Source: Marsupella aquatica | Lineage: Eukaryota; Plantae; Marchantiophyta | Assembly: GCA_973895155.1 (NCBI GenBank) | Contig: OZ316892.1 | Span: 7,671,251-7,735,250, forward strand | Length of the DNA: 64,000 nucleotides | Direction of reading: 5' to 3' | Shown: piece by piece, positions 1 to 12,589 of the stretch | How the letters are laid out: each line of letters begins with the position of its first letter | How positions within the stretch are numbered: position 1 is the first letter of the stretch | The notes under the pieces: generated by a model | Database searches by the model: none | What the model was told of the DNA's origin: nothing | Seen by the model: only the letters and a program-made list of their open reading frames with translations | Translations under genes and position numbers: made by a program

Positions 1-699
1 AGCACAAATATTTACTGATTCGAGACAAGATGGAAGGAAAACTACATCATCAAACTATATGCCATGAAATGACAATCAGGGATTGGAACTAGCCTTCGAG
101 GATTCCTGCTAATCCCATCAACATGCCTATTAACACTCCTCTAAATAATATGAAGACTCGAGAGTCCCAACTGCATCTACAACCTGTACATCCAAAGATG
201 AAGACTGTAACCGCAGCTTCAGTCGAAAGATGGTGATTTGTTTACAACACTTGTTATTCAGTAGTTTTCGGATTTATTTCGCATCACTAGCTGCAGATTC
301 CGACACCGACAGGACAGCACAAGAAGGCCACTGGACCATACCATACGATTTGCAGTCAACAAACAACGGTGTAAACCCATCTCACTACCACCACCCCAAA
401 AGCTGCTACAGTGCGTCCAACGTAAATATATGAACGACACAAAACTAGTGCATAGATCAAAGAAGTTCGAGGCAGACATTATAGTTATTAGGCCCGACTA
501 TTTCCAAGAAGTGGGTTACGAAGAAACCGAAGGGAATCGACGGAGCAGAGAGAACACCAAAGATCTTATTCCATCGAAACGTACTTTGATGTGGCCGAGA
601 GAACAGCGAAAAGATTAATCGGCAGGGATTCAAAGCTCACCAACAAGCAAACAAAGGGAAGGTTCTACTTCGACGAGGCAAAGAGAACAGAGGATATCT

Positions 700-882
700 A
701 TTTCCATGAGAACATACTTCGATGTAGCAGAAAGAACACCGGAAATCTACTTCCATGATGACATACTTCGATGTAGCAGTGAGAGCACCGAAAACCTACC
801 TCCATGAAAGCATACTTTGAAGTAGCAGAGAGGACAACGAAATCTACTTCCATGAGAACATATTTCGATATACCAGAGTGAA
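700..882. repeat. Tandem repeat, ~58-bp unit x ~3
   Basis: Unit of the form CATACTTCGATGTAGCAGAGAGxACCGAAATCTACTTCCATGA recurs near 712, 762 and 811, with a partial copy near 860. Probably internal to a transposon truncated by the window edge. Confidence 0.7.
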
Positions 883-1528
883 CACCGAAGAGAGAAGGGA
901 ATCGAAATCTCGAATTCAGCAATACTACAAGGACCTCGCGGACTGCGCAGACAGCAAAACGCACTGAATCGTTACTTCCTCTTCCTCCTGTATACATAAG
1001 AGGTCCTCGCTTGTTTCTTGAGCTTGAGCTCCTAAACCCTAAACTAGCCCAACCGCAAATTGAAGCATGAGCTCCTAAACCCTAGACTCGCCCAACGGCA
1101 ACTTTATTAACGGATAGTCCACCGTGCATTACTGCAGCGTGTATAAGTGCATCAAGTAATTCAGTGCAAGCTTGCCATGTGGTCCCATAATAATGCCGGT
1201 ATTTCCTTTGTAGATAGACCAAACAGTGTATTTTACTTATAGGGTTATTTTACTTATAGGGTAGTGGCGGTGGGGTTACTAGTCTGTAAAGCTCTAACAA
1301 GAAATTGAAGAAAGCTGAAAAACAGTAACTGGGAAGTTTTTATGAGCTTTGTGAGAACACGAGCTTTGTGAGAACAGTTTTCAGACTAGAACCCTAGCCT
1401 AAATAGTCATTATCAATCATATGTAATAACTGCCCAGAAAAAAGACTACCGGGTAAGATTTTCAGGGCACAGGGTTATGGTAAGGGTAGCACCTAGTAGA
1501 AAAGGTTACACACCAGAACCTTTCTTCG

Positions 1529-1591
1529 TGACAAGAGTTACTTAAATGCAAGAAGAACCTGACAAGAGTTACTTAAATGCAAGAAGAACCT
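1529..1591. repeat. Perfect 31-bp tandem duplication
   Basis: GACAAGAGTTACTTAAATGCAAGAAGAACCT occurs twice in tandem. Confidence 0.85.
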
Positions 1592-2776
1592 CACGAAACA
1601 ACAAATTATATGTAACTCCAACCAAGAAGAGTACATATGCATCTACCACGTGCTGCAATTCCTAAGTAAACTTTAATTGATAAGTCAGTCTATGCACTCA
1701 GTCAGTTGAATCATGTAATATAAGGGCTTTGGGTATGAGGAAATGCATAAGTGATTCCACTGTATGCACTTTGGAGAAGTGCATAAATGACATCTCACTC
1801 ACTTATAGTGCATGCCATGGATGTGAGCACGCTTAGGGTGACTTCCTTGGAACCTGCACTTAGACAGGGTACTGTATTATTGCCATCTTGGCTGGCACAA
1901 AAAAAATTAAAAAATTAAGATTTTGGACTTGACTGACAAAACATTTTATAGGAGGGTTTAGGGTTTAGAATCATGCAAATTGAAAGAATTATAGGTATAT
2001 TGATGTAAACACTGACTTTTTAGTATATGCATTGTTTTTTAATTAAAAAAACTACAAAACTACATGAAGAGAATAATATTTTAGTCAGCATTGCGTTTAT
2101 ACTACATGAAAAGAAAAGAGGAGGAGAGTTGAGTTTTTAATAAACAACCTTTAATTATTTTGCCACTACATAGGTTCAAAGCCATAATAGTGCCTTCCAA
2201 GGAAAGTGATAATAGTGCCAAGGTCTTTTTTGTATTTACAAATATGTCATGATTTTGTATAAAGACACTAAGTTGAACAAAGTAACCAAGGTGAGAATGT
2301 ACAAAATCTGTGACACATCTGTAAATAACACAAAAACAATGATTGTATTGTAAATTAGAATATCTGTAATGACAATGTACTTACAAAGTTGTTTCTGTAA
2401 ACCTCCCTGGCAAATCTTTGTTTGTAAGTTCATTATGGTGGACCCTTAACCTGCTCATCAATCCTGTTGAGGATTCTCTGATGGTGGCTCCAAGCAGGGG
2501 CCAAGACTTCTGGTGGCGGATGTTTTACCAATATCCATTCATCCTTGCATTCATCAAGCTTACACCCGGGAGCTTACATTTCATGACCCGTCCTCTCCTT
2601 TGAGGCCATGGGTCTGTAACCCCTCCAGCTGACTGCCCTGAGGGCTTACCTACATTGTGGCCAAGTTCTGGGCCAAGAAGGGTAAGATATAGGGTAGTGG
2701 TCCATCAGCTCTCAAAGAGGTTAGCTTGCCTTTAATCTCCAAGAACCATTTTTCTCTCCTTTGTTTTTTGTAAGGA

Positions 2777-3270
2777 GTACCTCGATACCCATGTGTTGCA
2801 CAAAGATATTGTGTTGGCCAAGATGTCGTTGAGAAAAAAAATGTCATGTCGTCCAAGAAGTTGTTAAGAAAAAAGATGTCGGCTGGCCAAGAAGTCATAA
2901 TGACAAAGGATGTTTCGTTAGCCAAGAAGTCGATGAGAAAAATTAAAAGATGTTGTGTCGGCCAAGAAGTCGTTGCAACAAAGGATGTTGTGTCGGCCAA
3001 GAAGTCATTGAGAAAAAAGATGTCATGTCGTCCAAGATGTCATGTCAGCCAAGAGGTCATTGAGAAAAAAATGTTGTGTCGGCCAAGATGTCGTTGAGAA
3101 AAAAGATGTCGTGTCAGCCAAGAAGTGGTTGAGAAAAAAGATATCATGTCGGCCAAGACATTGTTAAGAAAAAAGATGTAGGATGTAGTGTCGTCCAATA
3201 TATTGTGTCGACCGAGAGATTGTTGAGGAAAAATATGTTATGTTGGCCAAGATCTGATTGAGAAAAGAAT
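2777..3270 (-). mobile_element. Degenerate Helitron-type 3' end with a 35-bp minisatellite array
   Basis: About 13 copies of GTGTCGGCCAAGAAGTCGTTGAGAAAAAAGATGTC. On the minus strand the array ends in TGTGCAACACATGGGTATCGAGGTAC|T, a gapless 20/27 match to the intact Helitron-like end at 23609-23635. The 5' end was not located. Confidence 0.6.
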
Positions 3271-6144
3271 TTTGTTAAATAAATAACTATAATAATATTG
3301 TTAAGTACAAAATGGTCCATAAATAATTAGTCAAAGATGTTATGAAATAAATGATGGGATCTTTATGATGGGATCTTTATGATGGGATCTTTATTAATTT
3401 AGTAAAAAACTTCATCACATATAACATTTATGGTAAACTTTGTTTAACACCTTTATCATTGGTTTGTAAGACATGTTCTCCCAACTCCTCTCTCGGCCCA
3501 ACTTTGATCAGTCGTCGATCAATCGTCGGTCTTTGAAACACATGGATGTTTCAGCATGTATTTGATTTAGCTGAACAAAAAAAAAGGGCTTTCGCTTCAG
3601 CTACAGGGTGTAAGTGTGTTGATTCTCGATCTCCACAAGCATATTAGTCTCGAGTTCCCATTACCCTCTAAATCCATACCACCAACAAACAGCAGACACA
3701 ATCGATCAATCTGTAATTGAATTTGTATACACAACCCCGGGCTATCATTTAGATGCGATCGAGAAGTCAACATATATCTCGCTGTTGTCTTGAGCTATCT
3801 TGTTAATGTGATCTGGTCTCTCTCATCCAGTTTCGATGGTCAGAGCGTAAGATTTCCAGTTCATCTTTCAATCTTGCCGCCGAGCTTGCCGCCCGCCTTC
3901 TATGTGGTGTAGTTTTAATCCTTGGATATGATTTCAAGTTCATCCATTTATTCACAGGATACGTCAATTCATGATCAGGCAGACCTTTCTGATTTCGTTT
4001 AATGCGGTATTCATGATTGAGGACAGTTCATTAAGCAAGAGAGATGCCTTCGCTAATTTCGTGAAAATGGGTACGAATTGAGTTTTCCCGCCGGGCAGTT
4101 GTTTCGAAATGGTTCCTCCATAGCTCGGACGGGAGCTTGCCGGGGAGCTTGGACTCCTGAATGTCAAGGCTTCTCAAGGAGCTTGCCGATCGAAAGGCAA
4201 AACAATGCCAAGCTCTAAATCTCCCTGTATATACTGTACGTACAGGGATTACAAGGCCTGAATAAAAACGTAATTACGTACGCTGCGAGATTTTTCCAAG
4301 GCTTGAATAAAAATTTATCAAGATTACATTTGGGGATATTCGTCATCGGATTACATACAGATAATTGCAGGAAACAGGAAACTACAGCCTTCTATCCTTA
4401 GCAGAAACTTTTTCCAGCACTTTTTACGAGGGAATCCCAAAAATATCTCTAGGTTCTCTCAAAACTTTAAACCAGGATTTTCATGCATAGCCGGCAAGCT
4501 ACAGTAGTTGAAAATCCTGCCTGCAAGCCGCAGTAGTTGCGCAGCTTGCTTAAGGGAAGTTTCCACTAGAGCTGCGGGAAAAAAAAAGATGTTCTCTAGA
4601 TTTGATCGTCACAACAATGATTCACGAAATATACAAGTAAGGGATTTTCACTGATGTCAAGAATGAGACATGGATTAAAAAAAAAGGAGAATGCAGCCAG
4701 GACCTCACTCAGGGACTCCACTGGATGCTTCTGTTTTCCCGAGAACTCCAGTTGTTGTTCACGTTCACGACCTTGGTCTAGAGCGGAACTAGCAGATAAG
4801 TAGTTTCCATGAAAAGAAATTGCATGAGCCGATCCCGGACGAGACTGGCGTGCTCTGAACGCGCAGTGACATGAGGGTGTCCTCACCAACGGGGATATGA
4901 AGTTCAAAAACCATTTAAATGCATGGATGACCCTGGCCCACGCAGATGCGGAACGAAGTAGCGGACTAGACAGCCAATAGTCCGCACCAAGGCACCAACC
5001 TCCAAAATTGTCAATCATGACCATCACCACTGTACGTAGAATGACGCTTCAATTCGACTCACGTGGTGAAGGTCGGGGAGTCTTTTGAGGTAAGCGAATT
5101 GGTGCAGCATGAATGCGGGATGCTTTGTTAGCCGGGCTCTGTCTGGGATAGAAACTATCTGTGCAGCTTTTGCCCAACATAAAGTTGCATCAGACGCTTC
5201 ACGTGATTAACTGTTATGGAGAATGGCGGGGCATATATCGGGCGAAGAACACGGCTGGCCAGTTACATGATTATTAGGTGTGCTGGACAAATTATGTTAA
5301 TGAAGCATTCATACCCGGCCCTGTGGGGCCAGCAAAATGCAGGCGCGCGCAGCTCCATTTTTTTTATTGAACATTGTCTATTTTATCGGATGACAAGATA
5401 TATATATTGATAGGCCATGGTATTAATAAATCAATTGAAGATCTCTCATCGCAATCCTAAACCATCTAATTGTAACCTTAAAATGCAGAATTCTTACATT
5501 GAGCTGGAAATAGTCGGCGCCGACTAGCTCTCAATTCTGGACATTGAACTGACTATCTACGGTTGTCAAATTTTTTCCAGAAATCACCGTAGGCAGCGTG
5601 TGGGTCGGTCCCTACTAAAATTCGCGTGACTGAAGTAATGGAAAATGTACCTAAAGCTACACCTCTCGAACTCGAGCTGAGCTTTGTAGTTCAGTTCTAC
5701 ATTACTTCAACGTAGGATGTAAAGAGGTACATTTACCAACCAGAATAATTCCAGGTCCTAAACTTGTAAATTGTGTGAAGCCTAGTTACAACTTAATCCT
5801 AATCCTGTTCTTGAGTATTGCACAAATTAGGAACTCCATGCCTTCAGCACACTGAATTCTCGCCAGACTTAGTTAATGAAGGCACTCAAATATATGTACC
5901 TCGTTGAACCTGACGATCGAGGAGATACTCATGAGCACGTACAGCAGTAGGTCAATTTGGACCCAAATTCGTCTCGCCAGCAATCCCACTGAATTCTGGA
6001 TACACATTCTGGATCGCAGTCAGTAGCTGGACCACTCCTTTCTGTCAGTGCAAGCTTGTATGCTTGAAGTGCAGTACGTCGAAGTAGACGGCGAAGATTG
6101 GTAAAAAATGAATCGTCTTGTTGGACAAACTCGTTTATTACATG

Positions 6145-6906
6145 TTAAAAGACGAAAGAATTGGAGCGCATCATGCTCTTGAACTCGAAGAAATCTACTT
6201 TTCCATTCCCATCAGAGTCAACTTTTTGGATCATCTTTTCGCAGCTCATCAAGCTTCGCCCTTCAGGCAGCCCTAACTTGAGGAGAACTTGCTGAAGCTC
6301 GAGTCTCGAAATGAAACCATCCTTGTCTTCATCAAAGACGAAGAATGCTTTGATAAGAGCCTCGTCCTCTTCGGCTTGAATTTCATCTGCTGATACTCTT
6401 GAGAATGAAGAATCATAAGACTTGCTCTCACCTCCAGGCTCGCCACTTCGAGGACAGAACATCAAGACGAATTCGTCAAAATCTATGAAGTCGTCTCTGT
6501 TTCTATCAACAGCTCCGACCATTTTTCTAACCTTTTGGTCCGACAAATCAAAACCTATCCTCTTCATGTAGACCTGGAGCTCTTTCGCAGATATGAGACC
6601 GTCCTTGTTTTCGTCGAACAAGTCGAACACTCGTTTCATTTCCAATCTATCGAACTGGCACTGTTTCTCTCTAGAAGTTGCAGCAACAGGATCAAGTTGT
6701 GCATCTCCGTTAATTATCTGATTTTTACGGAACTCGCTCTGATTCTGAGGAGAGAGGAGACCGTTAGCCTTTCTACGTGCACTGTTCCGGACTTCAGGAC
6801 CTTTAATCGATTCACGCCGTCTCATTTCAGCTTTTATCATCGCCGTTCGGTACATCAGTAAAGCGTAGTTCCATAGCTCCAACATGTAGGACTTCAGGTT
6901 CTCCAT
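6145..6906 (-). CDS. Calmodulin-like (CML) EF-hand calcium-binding protein, 253 aa, intronless
   Basis: Four EF-hand loops: DENKDGLISAKE, DRNRDDFIDFDE, DEDKDGFISRLE, DSDGNGKVDFFE. Plant CML-type LQQVLLKLGLPEG segment and a ~85-aa N-terminal extension. Confidence 0.93.
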   Translation of the reverse strand: MENLKSYMLELWNYALLMYRTAMIKAEMRRRESIKGPEVRNSARRKANGLLSPQNQSEFRKNQIINGDAQLDPVAATSREKQCQFDRLEMKRVFDLFDENKDGLISAKELQVYMKRIGFDLSDQKVRKMVGAVDRNRDDFIDFDEFVLMFCPRSGEPGGESKSYDSSFSRVSADEIQAEEDEALIKAFFVFDEDKDGFISRLELQQVLLKLGLPEGRSLMSCEKMIQKVDSDGNGKVDFFEFKSMMRSNSFVF

Positions 6907-9049
6907 GAGAATTGACTACCGAGCTCCTAGTGACCATTGGTGACTACAATCTAGCTGGTTTCCCGACATTGTCCGTCGTTGCCAGGCCATGCATTAGGTC
7001 GACCATAGATTTTCCTTCAGAATCTTCTTTAGCTCCTCCGAAGGTTGCGTCACGAAATTCTGAATTATCATCGCAGTGACATGCATTGAGGGCGCAACAG
7101 TTTGGATGTCAGATGTCTTTTCACATGCAAGCAACGAAAAAAAGTCCTTAACATTGAACTATGTATCTGTACATATGAGTCTAAAGCTTAGAGATAGTAA
7201 GTGAACCTGAAACAATCGACCTGAAATAGTATAGATCCCACCCCTGAATCGGGAAATGCAGCACTAGCCTCAACTTTTCCAAACATGTATGCATGTATAA
7301 CAATTGATCGATTACCTTACTTCTCCGAGAAGCTTCGAGTATTACATCTTCCCATGGAATTGGGAGAGTGCAAACAACATCGATCTCGATCCCGCCCTTT
7401 GAAAGATATAATAAGTCTCTACATACTTCTCCCCCTCGACAATTGTAGCGTTTCGGCCATGAACTTTCAAATCCAGACAACGTTGCAATGATGACAAGTA
7501 CTTGAATGACGTCTTCCACAAGAACATGCTTCACGTCTTCCACAAGGAAGAAGAATTTATCTGCTACGCGTTATGTTACGGGCTCTCCTTAAGTACAGTG
7601 TAAAACACGGCACAACCTTGAAACTAGTGTTGTGCAGCACCTTTCTACATTTTGGTACACTCACCACCTTCAACTTACGGATGATTGACTAAAAGCCTAG
7701 CTCAACTCTGACGATCACGGACTTTGAATCTATGATTTCGAGTCTAGAGATCTCTTATGAACTCGTATGAACTCGAGCAAGTAATGAGGTTACGGATGTA
7801 TTGCATTCTGCAGTGCTGAAGGGACAGAACTAGGACCACAAAAGCGAATGAGACAAATAGATAAGTCGAATTCGTCTCTGAATCGAGTGTCCTTCGGTAC
7901 GTCTACATCTCTACGGCGAGCTGCAGAACAGGAATCGACGTAGCCAAATTAAAATAGGAGGGCAAAGGAGCAACTGGAATGGAAGGGCAGCGAATGGAAT
8001 GCAATCTGGCCTTCCACGTGATTTAGAACCGGTCAGTTGCATCTGAATCTAGTCATAGAGTTAAAAGGTGCGAGCAGGGAGGTCTACATGCCGTCTTTTT
8101 TCATGAATTGCTTAGAAAGACACGGAGTTGTCAGGCTAGCGTATGAAAGAACTAGAGTAAGAACTTAAAACGCACCAATAATTAGTACTCTGTTTTCTTC
8201 AGATCAAGCAGGACGATCCGATCTCATCATTTGTGCCCTTCCTATCGTAGACATCAAAATATATAATCCGCCACCAAGAGTATAGCCATCAAGCTGGCAA
8301 TATATCGGTCGCCGGCCATGATCCCCCGTATGATCCTCATCGGCTCCCTAGCTTGAGGCTAACGACCTCAAACAATTAGAACTTATTGAGCAGTCTATGT
8401 TTCTTCTGTCGACCTTCGTTGTTTGAGACACAGAGGTCAACACAGATTTGTCCTTTAGAGTCACTGCAGTCGTCGTGCAATGCGACCTCGGAACGTAGTC
8501 ACTGGAATCGCATCAACGCTCTCGATCTGGAAATGGGTGCCATGATGCGGCACTTGTACCCATTGACTTGTAATCCCCAGATGAACATTGCCAAACTGTG
8601 ATCGAAATTTACATCCGAGGCAAGAAACAAATTACTTAACAATTGACTGGAAATTTTTCGGGAACAAGTTTACTAGCTTGTTTATCTCCATCGAAAGTTC
8701 AGAAATTACTGTACGACGGTGAACTCCCAAATCATGAAGGAACTAAACTGAATTCTTGGGATAAACGAGAATCATCCGTTCTTCCCTTCCCCATATGAAG
8801 CCGGAAGAATGAGCCTCGATCAGAAGAATCGGCATGGGCAGAATGCTGACGGAGCTACAGAAACCGTATGTGTGGGTTCATAGGGTAAATAAATAAAAGG
8901 TCAAGTCCACATGCGACACAGTACTGGAGTAGGCCCGGCAGGTCAAGAGCTTAATTTTGGAGGACAACGAGACAAGACTCTAGTACACATTCAGGACCCA
9001 CATGTGTATACAGTGGTGAAAACTGTCAAGCCCAGGCATACAATGTAAC

Positions 9050-9196
9050 CGTGGATCGGGTCACACGCCTTTTTCCCTCTGATTACAGTACCCTGGCTTT
9101 TGCTTGAATGTTGATATCTTTTGCCTGTGGATCTGGTCACACGCCTTTTTCCCTATTATTACAGTATCCTTTTGCTTGGAATGTTGATATCTTTTG
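9050..9196. repeat. ~72-bp tandem duplication
   Basis: GTGGATCxGGTCACACGCCTTTTTCCCT...TTACAGTA...TTTTGCTTG(G)AATGTTGATATCTTTTG occurs twice. Confidence 0.8.
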
Positions 9197-10012
9197 TTTT
9201 TGGCCTGACGCTGACCATCCAGAAAAAAGAGTTGATGAGGCCCCGGGAGGTACGTAGGTAACCTCCAGTAGGATCGAATGATCTCTAATCTTTGAAACTG
9301 ACGTCCTGGGGAAGGCTAGGTGGCCTAGCTACATTACTGTAGTTAATCGCGCATTACAACTGCACGCCGCACCATCCGAACAACGAGTCTGCCAGAGAAT
9401 TGGCCATGGAGTTCATTTGGGAGGTACGGTGTTGGTCTGAACCATGTCTGAGTCGAGGAGCTACTCAGCCAGCTCTTCACTCAGCGAGCACTTCAAGCGA
9501 TGATAGGCCCATGTCGACCGAGAGCTCTACGAGGTCTTTGCAACGATCGGCCAGCCGAAGGAGCAATTCAGGAACTCCTCAACCAGATCGACCCAGGTCG
9601 AGTGAGAGCAGTGCAACCACATAATTTGCGAAGGGAGTACCGAGGCAGCAATAAAAACAACGCGAGTCAGTCTGCAATTATGCAATTCAATTCAGGCAAC
9701 GAGTTGGGGAGCTCTCTCATCGGTACTGACCTGGATCATCGGTCTCCATTCTTTGCGGCTTACCATCACAAACGGTGGCAGATTTTTTACTGAATTGCCT
9801 CAACTCATCGTCATCGCTCAACTTAATTCTTGGAGACCACGTCTCGCTACCAAAAACCACACCACACCACGCAGTTGCTTCCCTCACCATTCGACTTCTT
9901 CACGACCACGTCTCATGACCGTAAAGCTCACCACGCGATTGCTGATACGTAAAGCAGGTTCAAGCAATTATTAGGCCCTTCCTCGACACTGCCAAAACAA
10001 CAAAACGCCTAA

Positions 10013-10330
10013 GGGCCAGGTTCCATGGGCCAGGGGTAGGGAGTACTGTCACTCCAACTGATATCCCCTGGGCCCAAATACACTGTATGCCAAGGTGTAC
10101 ACAGTATTTCAAATATATGAATTTTGACTTAGGAGCCAATGAGAATGCCCTATATTTTTTTTATACAGGGCAGGGGGTACCCCTGAAGTTTTACAGGGAG
10201 TGTGAGGGAACATATTCCTTGATACAGTATTTGTACACCCCCTCAGTCCCTGGAAAAGCCACAATCTTATTGGTTTAAAAATTCTGACAGTATCCATACT
10301 CCTTACTCCCAGCCCCATGGAACCTAGCTC
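10013..10330. mobile_element. MITE, PIF/Harbinger (Tourist)-like
   Basis: Imperfect ~33-bp terminal inverted repeats: left GGGCCAGGTTCCATGGGCCAGGGGTAGGGAGTA, right (rc) GAGCTAGGTTCCATGGGGCTGGGAGTAAGGAGTA. Flanked by TAA and TTA (TWA-type). No coding capacity. Confidence 0.7.
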
Positions 10331-10447
10331 TTAGAAGGCTGCCTCCCATGCAACTTGGACACACAATCTTACTAATAAAGCTATCTGCAAAGCTACTTTC
10401 CAGAGACATGGTCTAGAGGGGTTTATTGTGACGTGCTAGTCAACAGA

Positions 10448-10570
10448 AAAACTTTTACTCACATGATCCCTGATTTTTCTATCTCCAGTTGCCTAGCTAA
10501 CAAGAACCTAGTTGATAAGATACATTTTGGGGACTCCTCTTTTGGCTAGCAAACTAGCTAGCCATCTTGG
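10448..10570. repeat. Dispersed repeat with an inverted copy at ~45978-46100
   Basis: The reverse complement AGATGGCTAGCxAGTTTGCTAGCxxAAAGAGGAGTCCCCAAAATG... matches 45981 onward. A weaker relative lies near 20360-20480. Confidence 0.7.
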
Positions 10571-10650
10571 TTCATAAAAAAAGAGGGATGGGGCAAAGCT
10601 ACTTTTCACAAGTATGGTCTGAGAGGCAACAAGGACAAAACTGAAAGTGA

Positions 10651-10962
10651 ATTATATATCACACTGCCAAAAAGACAGGAACGCCAAACTGGGAGACATG
10701 GTCCCAAAGGCAAAAGAACCCAATAAAGGGGGGGAAGGGAAAGACCCGAAGTTCACCTCCGTTCCCTACCGACGACAACCTTTGCAGAAAAACCTCACCA
10801 CCACCATCAACAACAATTCAACAACAGCAAGAGCACCAACAGCAACAGCAACGGACAGAGCAGAGACTACGCCCCACCCTGGTCCTCGACCGACGCCAGA
10901 GGGGCGGCTTAGACAGGTGAACAGAAAGTGAAGGTGAAAACAAAAGAGAGATCGGGCGATCA
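10651..10962 (-). mobile_element. Short non-autonomous retroposed insertion with a CRE-like 3' tail and a long flanking duplication
   Basis: On the minus strand it ends ...CTTTGGGACCATGTCTCCCAGTTTGGCGTTCCTGTCTTTTTGGCAGTGTGATATATA. It is flanked by ~38-bp direct repeats, TATGGTCTGAGAGGCAACAAGGACAAAACTGAAAGTGAA and TATGGCCTAGAGGCAATAAAGACAAAACTGAAAGTGAA. The tail is homologous to 47010-47090. Confidence 0.55.
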
Positions 10963-12589
10963 GCTATGGCCTAGAGGCAATAAAGACAAAACTGAAAGTG
11001 AAAGTGGACCCAAGAAAAGGGATGGGAAATGCAAAGCTACTTTCCAGAACTATGGTCTAGACTAAAATAAGGACAAAACTGAAAGTGAAAGTGTACAAAA
11101 CAGAAGAGTGGGGCAAAGAAAAGAGGAATGGGGCAAATGAAGGTGAACGGGAAATAACATAGGTTTTTCCTTTTGCAAGAACTTCTTTTGACTTCATTTT
11201 TATTCAAGTTCAAGCAACGGGTAAGCAGACTAGTCATAAAAATGGAGACCCAATAGATACCACTGAAGGGTAAGAAACCTAATAGAGCTCTTTCTACGAG
11301 GGTCCTGTGCTCGAAATGTTGTGAGCCAGTTCGCAAACCAAACATCTGTGGTTCTTACAAAACATGATAATCAGCAACTCAGGCGAGCAGCACAACAGCA
11401 GCTGCACCAAGAATCGCTCCATGTAAAACATTTTGGCCCCCTTCAAATGTACCGCGAGAGAGCAGTGTGACTCATCTAAAATCTAAACCCCGGCAGGTTA
11501 TATTTGACCAAAATATATTCCATTTAATTTTGGTCATAACCACCAATAAATACTTTTGTTCACATATGGCTGCCCCGGTGGCTGCCCAGAATTTGTCAGG
11601 AAAGTGCAGGCTCCAGATCCCTAGTAAAGAAGGGGGAGGAATCAAGGGATAGCCTCGGGAATCTGACCAATTGAAAGAGCCAAAAAGCCTGAGAAACCCA
11701 GCAAAAGTCCACCATATATGATAACAAAAAGCTAAAAACTAAAATACTATCAATTGGCAAACTAAGAACTCTGGTTGAGATATTCTAGCGCCCTGAACCC
11801 AACCTTGGGTCCCGCTACCAACCTTTCCCCTTGGTAGCCTTTGTCACCAGCTTCACAACAGACCCACTAGGTCCTTGAGATCACTTATGGATCTCAAGCT
11901 ATGGTCTGTCATGACAGGCATGCGACGAAAGCCCCACGTACCAATGGGCCGTGGAATGACACGCACGGACCACCCACCCCGGGGTGTCCTACAAGTGGGA
12001 AGCCAGCCAATCTCCCCTATGATCTGCTTGTATGCATCAAAGCTTGTGTGCTACACTCATCCCTTGGATTGCCAAGAATAGTGACGGATCTCAACTGATC
12101 TCAACTAATGGCTTGTACGTGAGGATGTTGGAACATATACTCTCCTCAAACATGCTTTTGGGGACCTGCCACCCCAGGACCAGTTTTGGTCGCAGTCACT
12201 CCTATTTCTGGCCCCCCAAACTATATCTAGTCAGGACCATAACTCTTGGCTCGTGACTCCGTTACCACCAGTGCTACACAACACAATGTTGAGATTGGTG
12301 AGGAGCTCATGATGATGCTATCAACAACCACTTGTGACTACCTTCTTTAAGGTGCCTTCTTGGCCTAAGGGGGTATCACGATGGGTCCTGGACGGATATG
12401 TGGTAAACTGCATAGGACAGTCATAGAAAGTCTACCATGACAACAACCGCAGAAACTAATTAAAAACCTACAAACCTACTGATCAACATCTGAAAAGCCC
12501 GGTAGAGCTCTGACTGGGGTAAACTAAATATGAACGAGGGTCATGCAGAGAAATTTGACTAACAGCCTAGAAGGACCAATTTGTTATAA

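Noticed and set aside
1020-1100. CCTAAACCCTA / TTTAGGG motifs (also ~1955, ~23003, ~54317) as telomere or CRE target sites
   Set aside because: Only 2-3 units each, and none adjoins a CRE end.
2790-3270. Regular ~35-bp repeats as a CRISPR array (also 23130-23610)
   Set aside because: Units are head-to-tail with no unique spacers, there are no cas genes, and the context is eukaryotic. The Lys/Arg-rich ORFs are translations of the satellite.
3800-4170. Short minus-strand frames (one begins MNLKSY, like CML1 MENLKSY) as a third CML copy
   Set aside because: No EF-hand or YRT/IKAE motif follows, so the match is probably chance.
5511-5526. 16-bp perfect palindrome TAGTCGGCGCCGACTA
   Set aside because: Isolated, with no associated structure to support a function.
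7181-9974. Assorted 60-120 aa ORFs between the CML genes (one with LRR-like KLRVLHL)
   Set aside because: No convincing domain, repeat register or splice pattern.
11860-12420. GC-richer tract as the 5' zinc-finger region of a retroelement
   Set aside because: Scattered Cys/His only; too degenerate to assign by eye.
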